From an uncultured Bacilli bacterium (GTDB taxonomy: Bacteria > Bacillota_I > Bacilli_A > RF39 > UBA660): a stretch of DNA of 64,000 nt. The stretch covers positions 595-64,594 of the forward strand of contig CAKOLW010000004.1 in assembly GCA_934096405.1 (NCBI GenBank), in the 5' to 3' direction. Positions 29,599 to 39,233 of the stretch are shown piece after piece; position 1 is the first letter of the stretch, and every line of letters begins with the position of its first letter. Made by a program: the position numbers and the translations under genes. The notes under the pieces are model-generated. The model ran no database searches. It saw only the letters and a program-made list of their open reading frames with translations, and had not been told where the DNA came from.

Positions 29599-31380
29599 TT
29601 ATTTTACCAATTTTAGTAAAGCATCTCTATCAACTTTGCCTTCTGTTTTATATTTCATAGATGTTAAAATATAATCCGCTTCTCTTGGTCTATCTCTTAA
29701 TGATAAAGATTTATTTACACTTAACTTTATTTCTTCTAAAGTGCTTTCTTCATCACAATTTTCATTTAGTTCAATAAATGCATAAGGATACTCTCCAGTA
29801 GATGTTGTTAAATCTCTAACTCCAATAACTACACAATTCTTAACATTTTTATTTTTATTAATAATTACTTCTATTTCATTTGGAAAAACATTATGTCCAT
29901 CAGGTCTAACAATCATATTTTTCTTTCTATCAGTTAAAGTAAAAAAACCATTTTCATCCACAAAACCTAAATCACCAGTTCTTCCCCATAATTTACCATC
30001 ATCATCAGTATAAAAGAATTTATTAGTTTCCTCTAAACTCCCTAGATATTCTTTCATATGTTGAGGTGAATTTATATATATTTCACCTATTTCATTATAA
30101 GTACACTCAGTTTTATCATCCTTCATTATTTTGGCAGTTACTAAAGGTAAAGGTATCCCATATATTTCAGGTTTTTTAGTACTTTCATAAGGTGTTAGAA
30201 ATGTACATGAAGAAAATTCAGCCATACCACCACCTTTAATTAAAGTAGAAGAACAATTATGATTTTTCAACCAATTATTCACATTTTCTTCTAATAATTT
30301 AGGTGTTTTATCTCCACCAAAAATAATTCTATTAATAAAAGACAAATCAACTCCATCAAATATATTATTATCTATAACACTCTCCATAAAAGAAGGAACA
30401 CATATAATATTATTTGGTTTGTATTTAATAATTAAATCAGCAAATTCACTTAATTTAAAATTCGGAATCAATATCATTTCTAAACCACTTGCTAAAGAAT
30501 TATGAATACCACATACCGCACCATAGCTTATAAAAGGTGGCATAATACATAAAATACTTTCTCCGGGTTTAACACCAGTAACATTCATTAATTGTTCTGC
30601 AGTAACATTCATTCCAGATGATGTTAAGCCTAATCCCTTTGGTATACCAGTTGTACCACTAGTATATTCAATTACAGATGTTTTTCCACTTTTATATTCA
30701 GGTATAAATAACTTTCCTGTTTTAACATTACTAAAATGATCGTATTTATATATTTTTCTATTATTATTTATTTTTGACAATGCATTATTAAAATTATATT
30801 CAATTTCTTTCTTAATAACATTAAACTTAATATTAGCTATATCTCTCTTAGAATAATTTTTCATTAATTTAATAATTTCATTTTTAGATAAACCAGCCAC
30901 AGGAGAAACATCTATAACATTTTTTACATCACTACCCAAAGATGCATTTATCATAGTTTTAGCATAACTACTTATAACAAAAGCTAATCTTGATTTAGCC
31001 AAATTTAAATAAAATCTCATTTTTTCTTCTGGAACTCTAGGATCAATTAAATTTGCATTTGCACCTATATTGTCTAATCCATACATTAAATAAATAGTTT
31101 CTGGTGTTAAGGGCATAGCTAAAGAAACATAATCATTTTCTTTCACTCCATAACTTTGTAATCTCTTGCTAGTTTTTTCTATATTTTCAAATAATTCCTC
31201 ATATGATATTTTTTTATTTAAATAATTTAAAGCAGTTAAAAATATTCTATCTTTATTTAATTTAATAATATAATCAGTTATTGACATATCAGGTACTTCA
31301 AGATTCAAACTCTTTTCATCATAATACTTTAACCATGGTTTATCAATTGATGGTACTCCAGTTAATTCTTTCATATACAT
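29599..31380 (-). CDS. AMP-dependent synthetase/ligase (acyl-CoA synthetase-like)
   Basis: 593 aa with the AMP-binding signature YTSGTTGIPKG, GEI(Y)INSP, the hinge TGDLGFVDENG and a C-terminal catalytic Lys region EGKVDR. Confidence 0.85.
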   Translation of the reverse strand: MYMKELTGVPSIDKPWLKYYDEKSLNLEVPDMSITDYIIKLNKDRIFLTALNYLNKKISYEELFENIEKTSKRLQSYGVKENDYVSLAMPLTPETIYLMYGLDNIGANANLIDPRVPEEKMRFYLNLAKSRLAFVISSYAKTMINASLGSDVKNVIDVSPVAGLSKNEIIKLMKNYSKRDIANIKFNVIKKEIEYNFNNALSKINNNRKIYKYDHFSNVKTGKLFIPEYKSGKTSVIEYTSGTTGIPKGLGLTSSGMNVTAEQLMNVTGVKPGESILCIMPPFISYGAVCGIHNSLASGLEMILIPNFKLSEFADLIIKYKPNNIICVPSFMESVIDNNIFDGVDLSFINRIIFGGDKTPKLLEENVNNWLKNHNCSSTLIKGGGMAEFSSCTFLTPYESTKKPEIYGIPLPLVTAKIMKDDKTECTYNEIGEIYINSPQHMKEYLGSLEETNKFFYTDDDGKLWGRTGDLGFVDENGFFTLTDRKKNMIVRPDGHNVFPNEIEVIINKNKNVKNCVVIGVRDLTTSTGEYPYAFIELNENCDEESTLEEIKLSVNKSLSLRDRPREADYILTSMKYKTEGKVDRDALLKLVK

Positions 31381-31416
31381 TTCCCCCCATAATTTGTACT
31401 ATATTCTACCACAATA

Positions 31417-31447
31417 GAAAAAAAACTCAAGACATTTATCTTAAGTT
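31417..31447 (-). terminator. intrinsic terminator after the thioredoxin-membrane fusion gene
   Basis: The minus strand has AACTTAAG-8 nt-CTTGAGTT (one mismatch) followed by TTTTTTTT. Confidence 0.6.
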
Positions 31448-32632
31448 TTAAAAATTAAGCATAATCCACTCAGGTTTAAATATAAGTAAAACACCCATTA
31501 AAATCATAAGAATACCACCAATTAAATTAACTAATTTATTATACTTTGTACTTATACCCTTAGATTTAAGAGTAAATACTGCGATTAAAAATACTACAAA
31601 ATCATCAATTAAATAAAAGAATATATAAACGAGTAAATAAACTATTTTCTTAAACTTAACTATACCATTAATACTTAAAATTTCTAAAAATACAGTAGGA
31701 AAGCCTAAAGAACAAGCAAGTTCAATCAAATTAACACTAATTGCTAAAAACACAGTACCAAGTAAACCTAAGAAAAAACTCTTACTAGCAAGTATTTTAT
31801 TAATTTTATTAATTATATTTTTTCTTTTATTTTTTTCTACTACATGACATCCAGTTTCTTTTCTAGTTTTTATATAAGTTCTTAAATTAAATATACCAAG
31901 TATAATAGCCACGCCCGCTATAACATCTCTAATTATACTTACCATAGCTAAATCAATAATAACCCCCATACCAAGCATAGATATAAAATATATACTACCA
32001 CTAGTTAATAAAAATATAACACCTACCCATATCATTTTTTTACGATTATTAGTAGCCAAACTCATATTAATAAGTAAGAGTAATATCCACATTGCACATG
32101 GATTAAAACCATCTATAAGACCTAAAACAATCGCTACTAAAGTTATACTCGCATTTTTTGCATTTATTTTACCTAACAAAGGTAACTTATAAGAATCCGT
32201 TTCACCCTCTATTTCCAGGTATTCATTTAAAATATTTTCTATTCTCTCACTAGTACCATCACCATATCCAACTATATATTTATCTCCAATAACAGTAAAT
32301 GGCACCCCTAAGCTTTTATCTTCATACATCTCTTTAATTTCTATTAATTTTTCACTATTTTCTTCACTACTAGTAACCTCATATGTATAAATATTTATCT
32401 TATCTTTATAATCATTTTTATATTTAAGAGTATCTAAATATTCAAGTTCATCATGACAATGAGGACAATACATACTATAAAATAAATATATATTTACTTT
32501 ATCTTCTTCTGTATTTTCACCCATCACATCACTTACTTTATCAATATAATTTTCACTCAAAGCATTCAAGCCATTAGTAAATAACACAAAAATCAATAAA
32601 AAATACCCTATTTTTTTAAACAAACTTCTCAT
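31448..32632 (-). CDS. extracytoplasmic thioredoxin-fold domain (CPHC) fused to a DsbD/CcdA-like membrane domain
   Basis: 394 aa with a signal/anchor sequence, then YSMYCPHCHDE in a Trx-like module. About 6 TM helices follow, with GLIDGFNPCAMWILL and IELACSLGFP Cys motifs resembling DsbD-family thiol-transfer cores. Confidence 0.6.
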   Translation of the reverse strand: MRSLFKKIGYFLLIFVLFTNGLNALSENYIDKVSDVMGENTEEDKVNIYLFYSMYCPHCHDELEYLDTLKYKNDYKDKINIYTYEVTSSEENSEKLIEIKEMYEDKSLGVPFTVIGDKYIVGYGDGTSERIENILNEYLEIEGETDSYKLPLLGKINAKNASITLVAIVLGLIDGFNPCAMWILLLLINMSLATNNRKKMIWVGVIFLLTSGSIYFISMLGMGVIIDLAMVSIIRDVIAGVAIILGIFNLRTYIKTRKETGCHVVEKNKRKNIINKINKILASKSFFLGLLGTVFLAISVNLIELACSLGFPTVFLEILSINGIVKFKKIVYLLVYIFFYLIDDFVVFLIAVFTLKSKGISTKYNKLVNLIGGILMILMGVLLIFKPEWIMLNF

Positions 32633-32889
32633 AAAATATCTCCTATTTCATCTAATATTTCTTTTTTACTTTTTTCTCCAATTATTCTTTTAATTTCTTT
32701 ATCATCTTTAATTAATATAACAACAGGTAATATATCTCCAACATTATACTTATTTACTTCTTCTTCATCCATATCATAATCTAAACTAATATATTCATTA
32801 TTTGGAAACTCAGTTTCTATATCATTCCATATACTTTTAGATATTAAACACCCTGGACACCACATAGCGTTTATTTTAATTATTTTCAT
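32629..32889 (-). CDS. small thioredoxin-family protein
   Basis: 86 aa with the active site INAMWCPGC. It has a 4-nt ATGA overlap with the downstream gene and a 14-nt overlap with the upstream desulfurase. Confidence 0.75.
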   Translation of the reverse strand: MKIIKINAMWCPGCLISKSIWNDIETEFPNNEYISLDYDMDEEEVNKYNVGDILPVVILIKDDKEIKRIIGEKSKKEILDEIGDIL

Positions 32890-34003
32890 TCTTTAACTCC
32901 TCACATATACTAATAAATTCTTTAATAAATATTTTTAGTTCACTCAGACTAGTTAAATGACTCAAACTAACTCTTATAGAATTTCTTGATAATTCTTCAC
33001 TACCTGTAATTGCAAATACACTTTTAGAAGGACTATTTTTCATACTACACGCACTAACAGTTGACAAATATATATCCTTCTTTTCTAACTTATCAACAAC
33101 TTCACTTGCTTTTATATGAGTTAAACTAAAATTAAGTGTATTAGGTATACTATTTTTAGGACTATTTATATGTACATAATCTAATTTACTTAATTCATCA
33201 ATCAAGTATTTTTTTAAATTGGAAACATATTCATATCTATTTGATAAATCTTCAACGGCTAGTTCTAAAGCAACACTAGTACTGCTGGCATTCGCAGTAA
33301 CTGGAGTTCCACTTCTAAATATAGTTGTACTCCTTCCACCATGTATAAGTGGCATTATTTTTATATTATTCATATTCATTAATACACCACTACCATTAAT
33401 TCCATAAAACTTATGAGGCGCAAAAGTAATAAAATCACATCCAGTATAATCTATATCTATTTTTCCTATAGCCTGAGTAGCATCCGTATGGAATATAATA
33501 TTGTGTTCTTTTACTATGTTAACTATTTCTTTTATAGGCTCTATTGTCCCAAGTTCACTATCAACTGAACAAATACTAACTAAAATAGTATCTTTTCTAA
33601 TACTATTTTTAAGTTCTTCTAAATCAATAATTCCATCTTTCGTAAGAGATAAAACTGTAACTTCAAAACCTTTATTACACAAATAATTAAGTGGTGCTAC
33701 TACACTAGAATGTTCTATTGGCGAAATAATAATATGTTTACCCTTATTTTTATATAATTCACAAACACCCTTAATAACTAAATTATTACTTTCACTAGAA
33801 CCACTAGTATAAATAACACTTTCTTTACTCGCATCAAAATACTTTGTTATCTTAATTGAACTTTCATCTATAATATTTTTAGCCTCTAACCCTAGTTTAT
33901 GACTACTATTAGGATTACCTATATACTTTTTAGTAACACTAACATAATTATCTAATACTCTATCATCTACAGGACTATTAGCACTATAATCTAAATATAT
34001 CAT
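32876..34003 (-). CDS. cysteine desulfurase (NifS/IscS class V aminotransferase)
   Basis: 375 aa with MIYLDYSANSP, the PLP lysine in FAPHKFYGINGSGVL and the active-site Cys in STVSACS. Confidence 0.9.
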   Translation of the reverse strand: MIYLDYSANSPVDDRVLDNYVSVTKKYIGNPNSSHKLGLEAKNIIDESSIKITKYFDASKESVIYTSGSSESNNLVIKGVCELYKNKGKHIIISPIEHSSVVAPLNYLCNKGFEVTVLSLTKDGIIDLEELKNSIRKDTILVSICSVDSELGTIEPIKEIVNIVKEHNIIFHTDATQAIGKIDIDYTGCDFITFAPHKFYGINGSGVLMNMNNIKIMPLIHGGRSTTIFRSGTPVTANASSTSVALELAVEDLSNRYEYVSNLKKYLIDELSKLDYVHINSPKNSIPNTLNFSLTHIKASEVVDKLEKKDIYLSTVSACSMKNSPSKSVFAITGSEELSRNSIRVSLSHLTSLSELKIFIKEFISICEELKNENN

Positions 34004-34103
34004 TTATTACCAACTCCATACCAAAATTATAAACTAATTAATTTTATAGGTAAAGAAAAAATAAGTTGAATGAACTAAACCAAAAGTTGAACAACTTATT
34101 TTA

Positions 34104-34820
34104 TTATAATTCTCTAACATATCTAGAATTCTTATTCGACTTAACTAATCCCTTAGCATCTCTTAAATACACAATATCATTTCCAATAAATTCACTTAGT
34201 TTATACCTAAATCTTTTCAAAAATTCCAAACAATCTACTTCTTTAGATAAATACATTTCCTTTAACAAAATATCTTTATTTACAAAATCATCAAAGTAAC
34301 TATCTACTAAAAAATACATAATCTCTAAATCAAATCCTCTTCTATTCTCATCAAAAGAAATATCATAATTACCATATTCAAGAGTATCAATAACCTTAAA
34401 TTGTCCATTAGAATAAAGTATATTATACATAATATCATATATCTTAATATTTCTTTCAGTAAGAAGATTTATATCTACAAATGTTTTATTAATTGCACTA
34501 CTAAACTTATTTAAATCTACTCCTAAAGGATTAATTTTATATAAATTTTTCTTTTTAGAATAATTCATTACATACCCTATAATATGATTTTTATATTTAA
34601 CAACATCTACAGGCCACATAAAAGTAGAATTAACTACATCACTAAACTTCATAACATCATATTCACTAACACTATCATATTCATCATCAAAATATCCATG
34701 AAATATCTTAATCACTTTATTACTTTTAATATCTAAATAACATACACCTTGTGCCCCACATCCTAAGTATTTTAAACTATTTAAATATTTCATAAAATAT
34801 TTCTTATTACTTACTTCCAT
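34104..34820 (-). CDS. small protein-kinase-like protein with atypical catalytic loop
   Basis: 238 aa with a glycine-rich loop LGCGAQGVCY and a VAIK-like KVIKIF. The catalytic-loop region reads IKIYDIMYNILYSNGQFKVIDTLEY, with Asn at D+4 rather than D+5. Confidence 0.5.
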   Translation of the reverse strand: MEVSNKKYFMKYLNSLKYLGCGAQGVCYLDIKSNKVIKIFHGYFDDEYDSVSEYDVMKFSDVVNSTFMWPVDVVKYKNHIIGYVMNYSKKKNLYKINPLGVDLNKFSSAINKTFVDINLLTERNIKIYDIMYNILYSNGQFKVIDTLEYGNYDISFDENRRGFDLEIMYFLVDSYFDDFVNKDILLKEMYLSKEVDCLEFLKRFRYKLSEFIGNDIVYLRDAKGLVKSNKNSRYVREL

Positions 34821-34918
34821 AATACCCCCATAAACAAATCATATTATATTACAAACTTTTACTAAAAGCAATCACTTTAATAAGCCTAGATTTTATATGA
34901 AACATTTTTCACATCTTC

Positions 34919-34942
34919 AAATAAAAAACTACCTAAGTAGTT
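34919..34942 (-). terminator. intrinsic terminator after 34941..35306
   Basis: The minus strand has AACTAC-TTAG-GTAGTT followed by TTTTTATTT, starting at the stop codon. Confidence 0.65.
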
Positions 34943-35306
34943 AATCTTTAATCTTATAAATCATAAATTTTTCGTCAATATATAAAACTATACTATTCTC
35001 ATCTTCATATTGATATTCATAATCTCCTTCAAAATTAGATTGATTATCACTACTCGGTAATTTATTACTTTCAACATGACTAGTTATTTTTCCATCCATA
35101 ACTCCACATCTTACCTTTTTACTTTCTTCTCCAGTAGAATAATATAATTTACCATCAACTTTAACAACATTTTCTATATTACTATTTGACTCTAGCGGAT
35201 TATCTTTAATTAAATTATCTTTATAATATCTAGTACCTAAAGCACTTATTATAACAATAAAACAAAATATAAAAGTACCAATAACTACATACTTAGTAAA
35301 CTTCAT
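34941..35306 (-). CDS. hypothetical membrane-anchored protein
   Basis: 121 aa with an N-terminal TM helix (YVVIGTFIFCFIVIISALG). No family recognised. Confidence 0.5.
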   Translation of the reverse strand: MKFTKYVVIGTFIFCFIVIISALGTRYYKDNLIKDNPLESNSNIENVVKVDGKLYYSTGEESKKVRCGVMDGKITSHVESNKLPSSDNQSNFEGDYEYQYEDENSIVLYIDEKFMIYKIKD

Positions 35307-35314
35307 ATAAACAC

Positions 35315-35914
35315 CTACCCAACAAAATTATTACCTAACCATATTCTAGCAAAAGCATCTACAAAAAACAACATAAAAATAACAACCGACAATCCATCTA
35401 TCAAACCTTGTTCTTTATTAGACAAAAATTTAATAAGTAAAGGCTCTAAAAAATAAATACCCACTAATGCAACAATTCCAAACTTTAAATCTGGTATTAA
35501 AGCTATTCTTCCTTCAAAATTCAGAAATTCATTACTATAGTCCCAAAGTGATTTAAAATTACCACCAGTAAAATCCATTAAATAAGTTGCTACTAGTTCT
35601 ACTAATGTTGCAAATATAACTGTTTCAAAAAATAATACCAAAGGTCTTATATTGAGCTTACCTAACATTATTTTTTTATCTTTAAATCTATAAAATAATG
35701 AAATAATTATTAAACCACCAAACCCATATATAGGTAACCAAGGTCCAAATAAAGCGCCACGATTAACGACTTGATTAAGTTCCAAAATAAAAACTAATTC
35801 TTCATAAATCCAACCACATATAGAATAAACAATAAAAAGAAATAATATATCTCTTAAAACAATATACCATTTCTTATCAGAAAAATTAATACCAAAATTT
35901 AAAATACTACTCAT
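35315..35914 (-). CDS. membrane protein of the putative ABC-transporter type IV family (DUF1113-like)
   Basis: FIVYSICGWIYEELVFI...VNRGALFGPWLPIYGFGGLII matches the conserved YSf.GW..E......NRGfl.GP..PIYGfG core. Confidence 0.6.
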   Translation of the reverse strand: MSSILNFGINFSDKKWYIVLRDILFLFIVYSICGWIYEELVFILELNQVVNRGALFGPWLPIYGFGGLIIISLFYRFKDKKIMLGKLNIRPLVLFFETVIFATLVELVATYLMDFTGGNFKSLWDYSNEFLNFEGRIALIPDLKFGIVALVGIYFLEPLLIKFLSNKEQGLIDGLSVVIFMLFFVDAFARIWLGNNFVG

Positions 35915-35924
35915 AAAATCACTC

Positions 35925-36284
35925 TCACTTAATTAAATTAATTATCTTAGGTAAAAATATTAGAATTCCTATTATTAGAGACATTATTGCATTCATAAGT
36001 ACTGCTCCTGCTGATATATCTTTAGCTTTCTTAGCCATATTATCTTTATTAGGACATACCATATCTACAATAGTTTCAATAGCCGTATTAAATAATTCAG
36101 CACTAATAACTATGCCAAAACATATTAAGCAAGTTATCCATTCCCAAACCTCAATCTTAAACAGGATTCCACAAATAATTACGAGTGTCATAATAGAAAC
36201 ATGAACCTTCATATTTCTTTCACTCTTAAATGAACTTATAACACCAGTAAAAGCATACTTAAAACTATTTATAAACTTTTTCAT
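35925..36284 (-). CDS. dgkA: diacylglycerol/undecaprenol kinase (DgkA family)
   Basis: 119 aa with FKYAFTGVISSFKSERNMKVH, AELFNTAIETIVD and AKDISAGAVL. Confidence 0.85.
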   Translation of the reverse strand: MKKFINSFKYAFTGVISSFKSERNMKVHVSIMTLVIICGILFKIEVWEWITCLICFGIVISAELFNTAIETIVDMVCPNKDNMAKKAKDISAGAVLMNAIMSLIIGILIFLPKIINLIK

Positions 36285-36285
36285 A

Positions 36286-38493
36286 TTAATTAAATGCCTT
36301 TCTAATCAATTCTACCATCTTTTTACTACCTTCATCAGTTAAATGTAATCTATCAGCCATTAAATAATCATTATTATTTTTAATCTCTTCATACATATTA
36401 AATATCTTAATATTTTCTTTTTCTAATTTCTTTATATCTTTAATATTTTTACTACTAGAAACTATTAAAACATTATTATCTTTTAGTAAATCTAATATAC
36501 TCTCATACTCACTTATAGATAAATTAGTACTACTATCAAAAGCAAGTATAATATTATATGTTAAAGTATTATTCTCTTTATCTTCATTAAGTTTCTTTTT
36601 CAAACTATTATAATTAAATCCATTATCTATCACAAAACTAGCATCACTAAAATCACTTTCTAAATATTCATATGCATTTAATAATATATTATTTCCATAA
36701 AAAGTAATCTTATTTTTTTCTTCTAATTCATGTTCTTCTAACATCTTTTCTTTTTCTATTTTATATTTCTCCACATAAACATCATGTATTGCATTATAAA
36801 TTGCCTCAGTGTATACTTTCCTACCAATACCAGTCAAATGAATTCCATCTGAATAAAAATATTCTTCATGTCCTCTAGACATTGTATACCAATCTATTAA
36901 ATGAACATTATCATATTCTTTAGAAAGTGCTAATAAATTTGAATTAACATTTGGTAAATTAGTAGTATTAATCCAAAAAATATCTCTTCCTTCACATTGT
37001 TTAATAATATTAACTTTACAAGATTTAGAACAATCTCCATTGGCACCCAAATTAATTATAACAGGTTCTCCAAGCATATTTTTATTAACCAAATTTTCTA
37101 TAATTCCCCCAACTACCCAAGCAGTTCTACTAATCTTAGCATTAAAATAACCATTAGGAAACATAGCATACAAATTATCAACCGCTCCTAGCATGACAGA
37201 ATCTCCTATACCAACAACATTCAAATTCTTAACAACTTCCCCCATATTATTTTCTGCATTCTCATAGTCTTTTAATATGTTATTCCAATCTTCATTTTCT
37301 TTTGCTAATTGTTCTTTATATTTATTTTGATTTTCAACTGCTAACTTTTGATTCTCTACTAATTGTTCCTGCAATTGTTTCATTTCTTTAGTATGATCTT
37401 CTGTAATATAATATTGATATATTCCATATCCACATATTACTAAAAATAATGGTATCAGTAAATACTGAGGTACCCTATATTGTTTATTTTTATTATTAAT
37501 ACAAAAATGTATTAAAATTGATATAAATATTGTTAACAAAACTATAACAATTATTTTCAATATAGTACTTAAGCTAACATACTGAAATAAAAATACAACT
37601 GGATATTGAACTAAATATACCTCATAAGTAATACTTGCAATTTTTTTAACTATATAATCAAACTTATTAAGTTCAGTTACATCCACTAATGAATATTGAA
37701 TCAATCTAATAGAAATTATACTAGATAAAATCATACATAAAACAAAATATTTAGAACTATTGTCAATCATAATAAACATACTTGATAATACTACCAAATA
37801 GGCATAAAAACAAATATTAGAAACTTTATTATTCATAAACACTAACTTATTACCAAAATAATTTACAAATAATCCCAAAGTAACACCAATAAGTAATGAG
37901 AATATTCTAGTAAATGTACTATAATAAAGTAATGTCATATTACCTGTTTTACTTATATAACAAAAATATACAATTCCTAAAATTGACAATATGCTCATTA
38001 AAATACATGGAATACACTTATTTATTTTTTCTCCAACTTTTTTCAATAAAATATATATAATAGGAAAAATCAATTCAAATTGCATAATAATTGCCATATA
38101 CCACAAATGCATAAATGGTGAATTAATACTTCTAGAAAAATAATCTAAATTAGAACTAATTTGCCAAAAATTATTGTAACCTAATATTACAGAAGTAGTT
38201 TCAGGTTTTAAATTCAACCAAAATATATCTGGATACAATGATATTACAGCTATAGTACCAAAAGTTACTATTAATAATGGCAAATATAATTTTAAAAATC
38301 TTGATTTATAATAGTTAACTATAGAAAAATTATCTTTATCAAAAGAAGATTTAGTAATTAAAAACCCACTCAAAACAAAAAATGCACATACAGCTAAATA
38401 ACCACCCTTTAAAATATCAAGATGATATAAAAGAATTGCTATACATAAAAATACTCTTATAATATTTATTTTTTTATAATATCCATCTTTCAT
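36286..38493 (-). CDS. O-acetyltransferase OatA-like (acyltransferase_3 + SGNH) with an extra C-terminal module
   Basis: 735 aa with about 10 TM helices of the acyltransferase-3 type, a coiled-coil linker and an SGNH domain (VGIGDSVMLGA ... DGIHLT). A further region of about 150 aa ends in DRLHLTDEG. Confidence 0.85.
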   Translation of the reverse strand: MKDGYYKKINIIRVFLCIAILLYHLDILKGGYLAVCAFFVLSGFLITKSSFDKDNFSIVNYYKSRFLKLYLPLLIVTFGTIAVISLYPDIFWLNLKPETTSVILGYNNFWQISSNLDYFSRSINSPFMHLWYMAIIMQFELIFPIIYILLKKVGEKINKCIPCILMSILSILGIVYFCYISKTGNMTLLYYSTFTRIFSLLIGVTLGLFVNYFGNKLVFMNNKVSNICFYAYLVVLSSMFIMIDNSSKYFVLCMILSSIISIRLIQYSLVDVTELNKFDYIVKKIASITYEVYLVQYPVVFLFQYVSLSTILKIIVIVLLTIFISILIHFCINNKNKQYRVPQYLLIPLFLVICGYGIYQYYITEDHTKEMKQLQEQLVENQKLAVENQNKYKEQLAKENEDWNNILKDYENAENNMGEVVKNLNVVGIGDSVMLGAVDNLYAMFPNGYFNAKISRTAWVVGGIIENLVNKNMLGEPVIINLGANGDCSKSCKVNIIKQCEGRDIFWINTTNLPNVNSNLLALSKEYDNVHLIDWYTMSRGHEEYFYSDGIHLTGIGRKVYTEAIYNAIHDVYVEKYKIEKEKMLEEHELEEKNKITFYGNNILLNAYEYLESDFSDASFVIDNGFNYNSLKKKLNEDKENNTLTYNIILAFDSSTNLSISEYESILDLLKDNNVLIVSSSKNIKDIKKLEKENIKIFNMYEEIKNNNDYLMADRLHLTDEGSKKMVELIRKAFN

Positions 38494-38571
38494 ACTAACA
38501 CTTTCCTATCAAAATAATTATATCATTAGTAAAAGAAAAAAGATATGAATTTAATCTTTTCATACCCAATA

Positions 38572-39231
38572 TTACACATGTTTAACATTATTATCAATAA
38601 TATATTTCAAATCTTCAATTGCTTTATCTATATTCATCATACCATTGCCTATAGGATAATAAACAGGATAAACTTTATAAATATTATTAGAAATGTTTAA
38701 TGTATAATACTGCTTCCTACATTGTGAAACAGATATATTTTTATTAAGTAAAATAGAACTAACTTGATTTCCAAAAGTAATAATTATCTTAGGATTAATT
38801 ATTTCTATTTCCTTAAGTAGTAAATTTAAATATTTTACATAAACAGAATTTGGTATAATTCTTGCATCCACTTGCGTACATTTCCCTAAATTAGTTATAA
38901 AATATTTATATTTTTCTACATTGTCATATACTACATCTGCAAATTCTTCGTTCCATTCACAAGGTTTCTTTTTAATTATTTTTTCATAAATGCATTCATC
39001 AAGCAAGTTTATTTTATAAAACAATTTCCATATATTCTTAGTTCCAATCCAAGGAGACCTTCTACCATTCCAATTTGGACTGGATGCTATATTTCTTCCA
39101 GTTGGATTCATAAATACAAAACAAATATCAGGATTATTTATACATCCTCCATTATAAATAGATTTTAAGTTCTTATCGCCATATAAACACTGTAACTTAT
39201 CATATTCTTTATTTAATTCTTCTATCTTCAT
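38572..39231 (-). CDS. uracil-DNA glycosylase superfamily protein (not family 1)
   Basis: 219 aa with ICFVFMNPTGRN (motif-A position), IIITFGNQVSSILL and VYPVYYPIGNG (motif-B position). The family assignment was made by eye only. Confidence 0.55.
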   Translation of the reverse strand: MKIEELNKEYDKLQCLYGDKNLKSIYNGGCINNPDICFVFMNPTGRNIASSPNWNGRRSPWIGTKNIWKLFYKINLLDECIYEKIIKKKPCEWNEEFADVVYDNVEKYKYFITNLGKCTQVDARIIPNSVYVKYLNLLLKEIEIINPKIIITFGNQVSSILLNKNISVSQCRKQYYTLNISNNIYKVYPVYYPIGNGMMNIDKAIEDLKYIIDNNVKHV

Positions 39232-39233
39232 AA

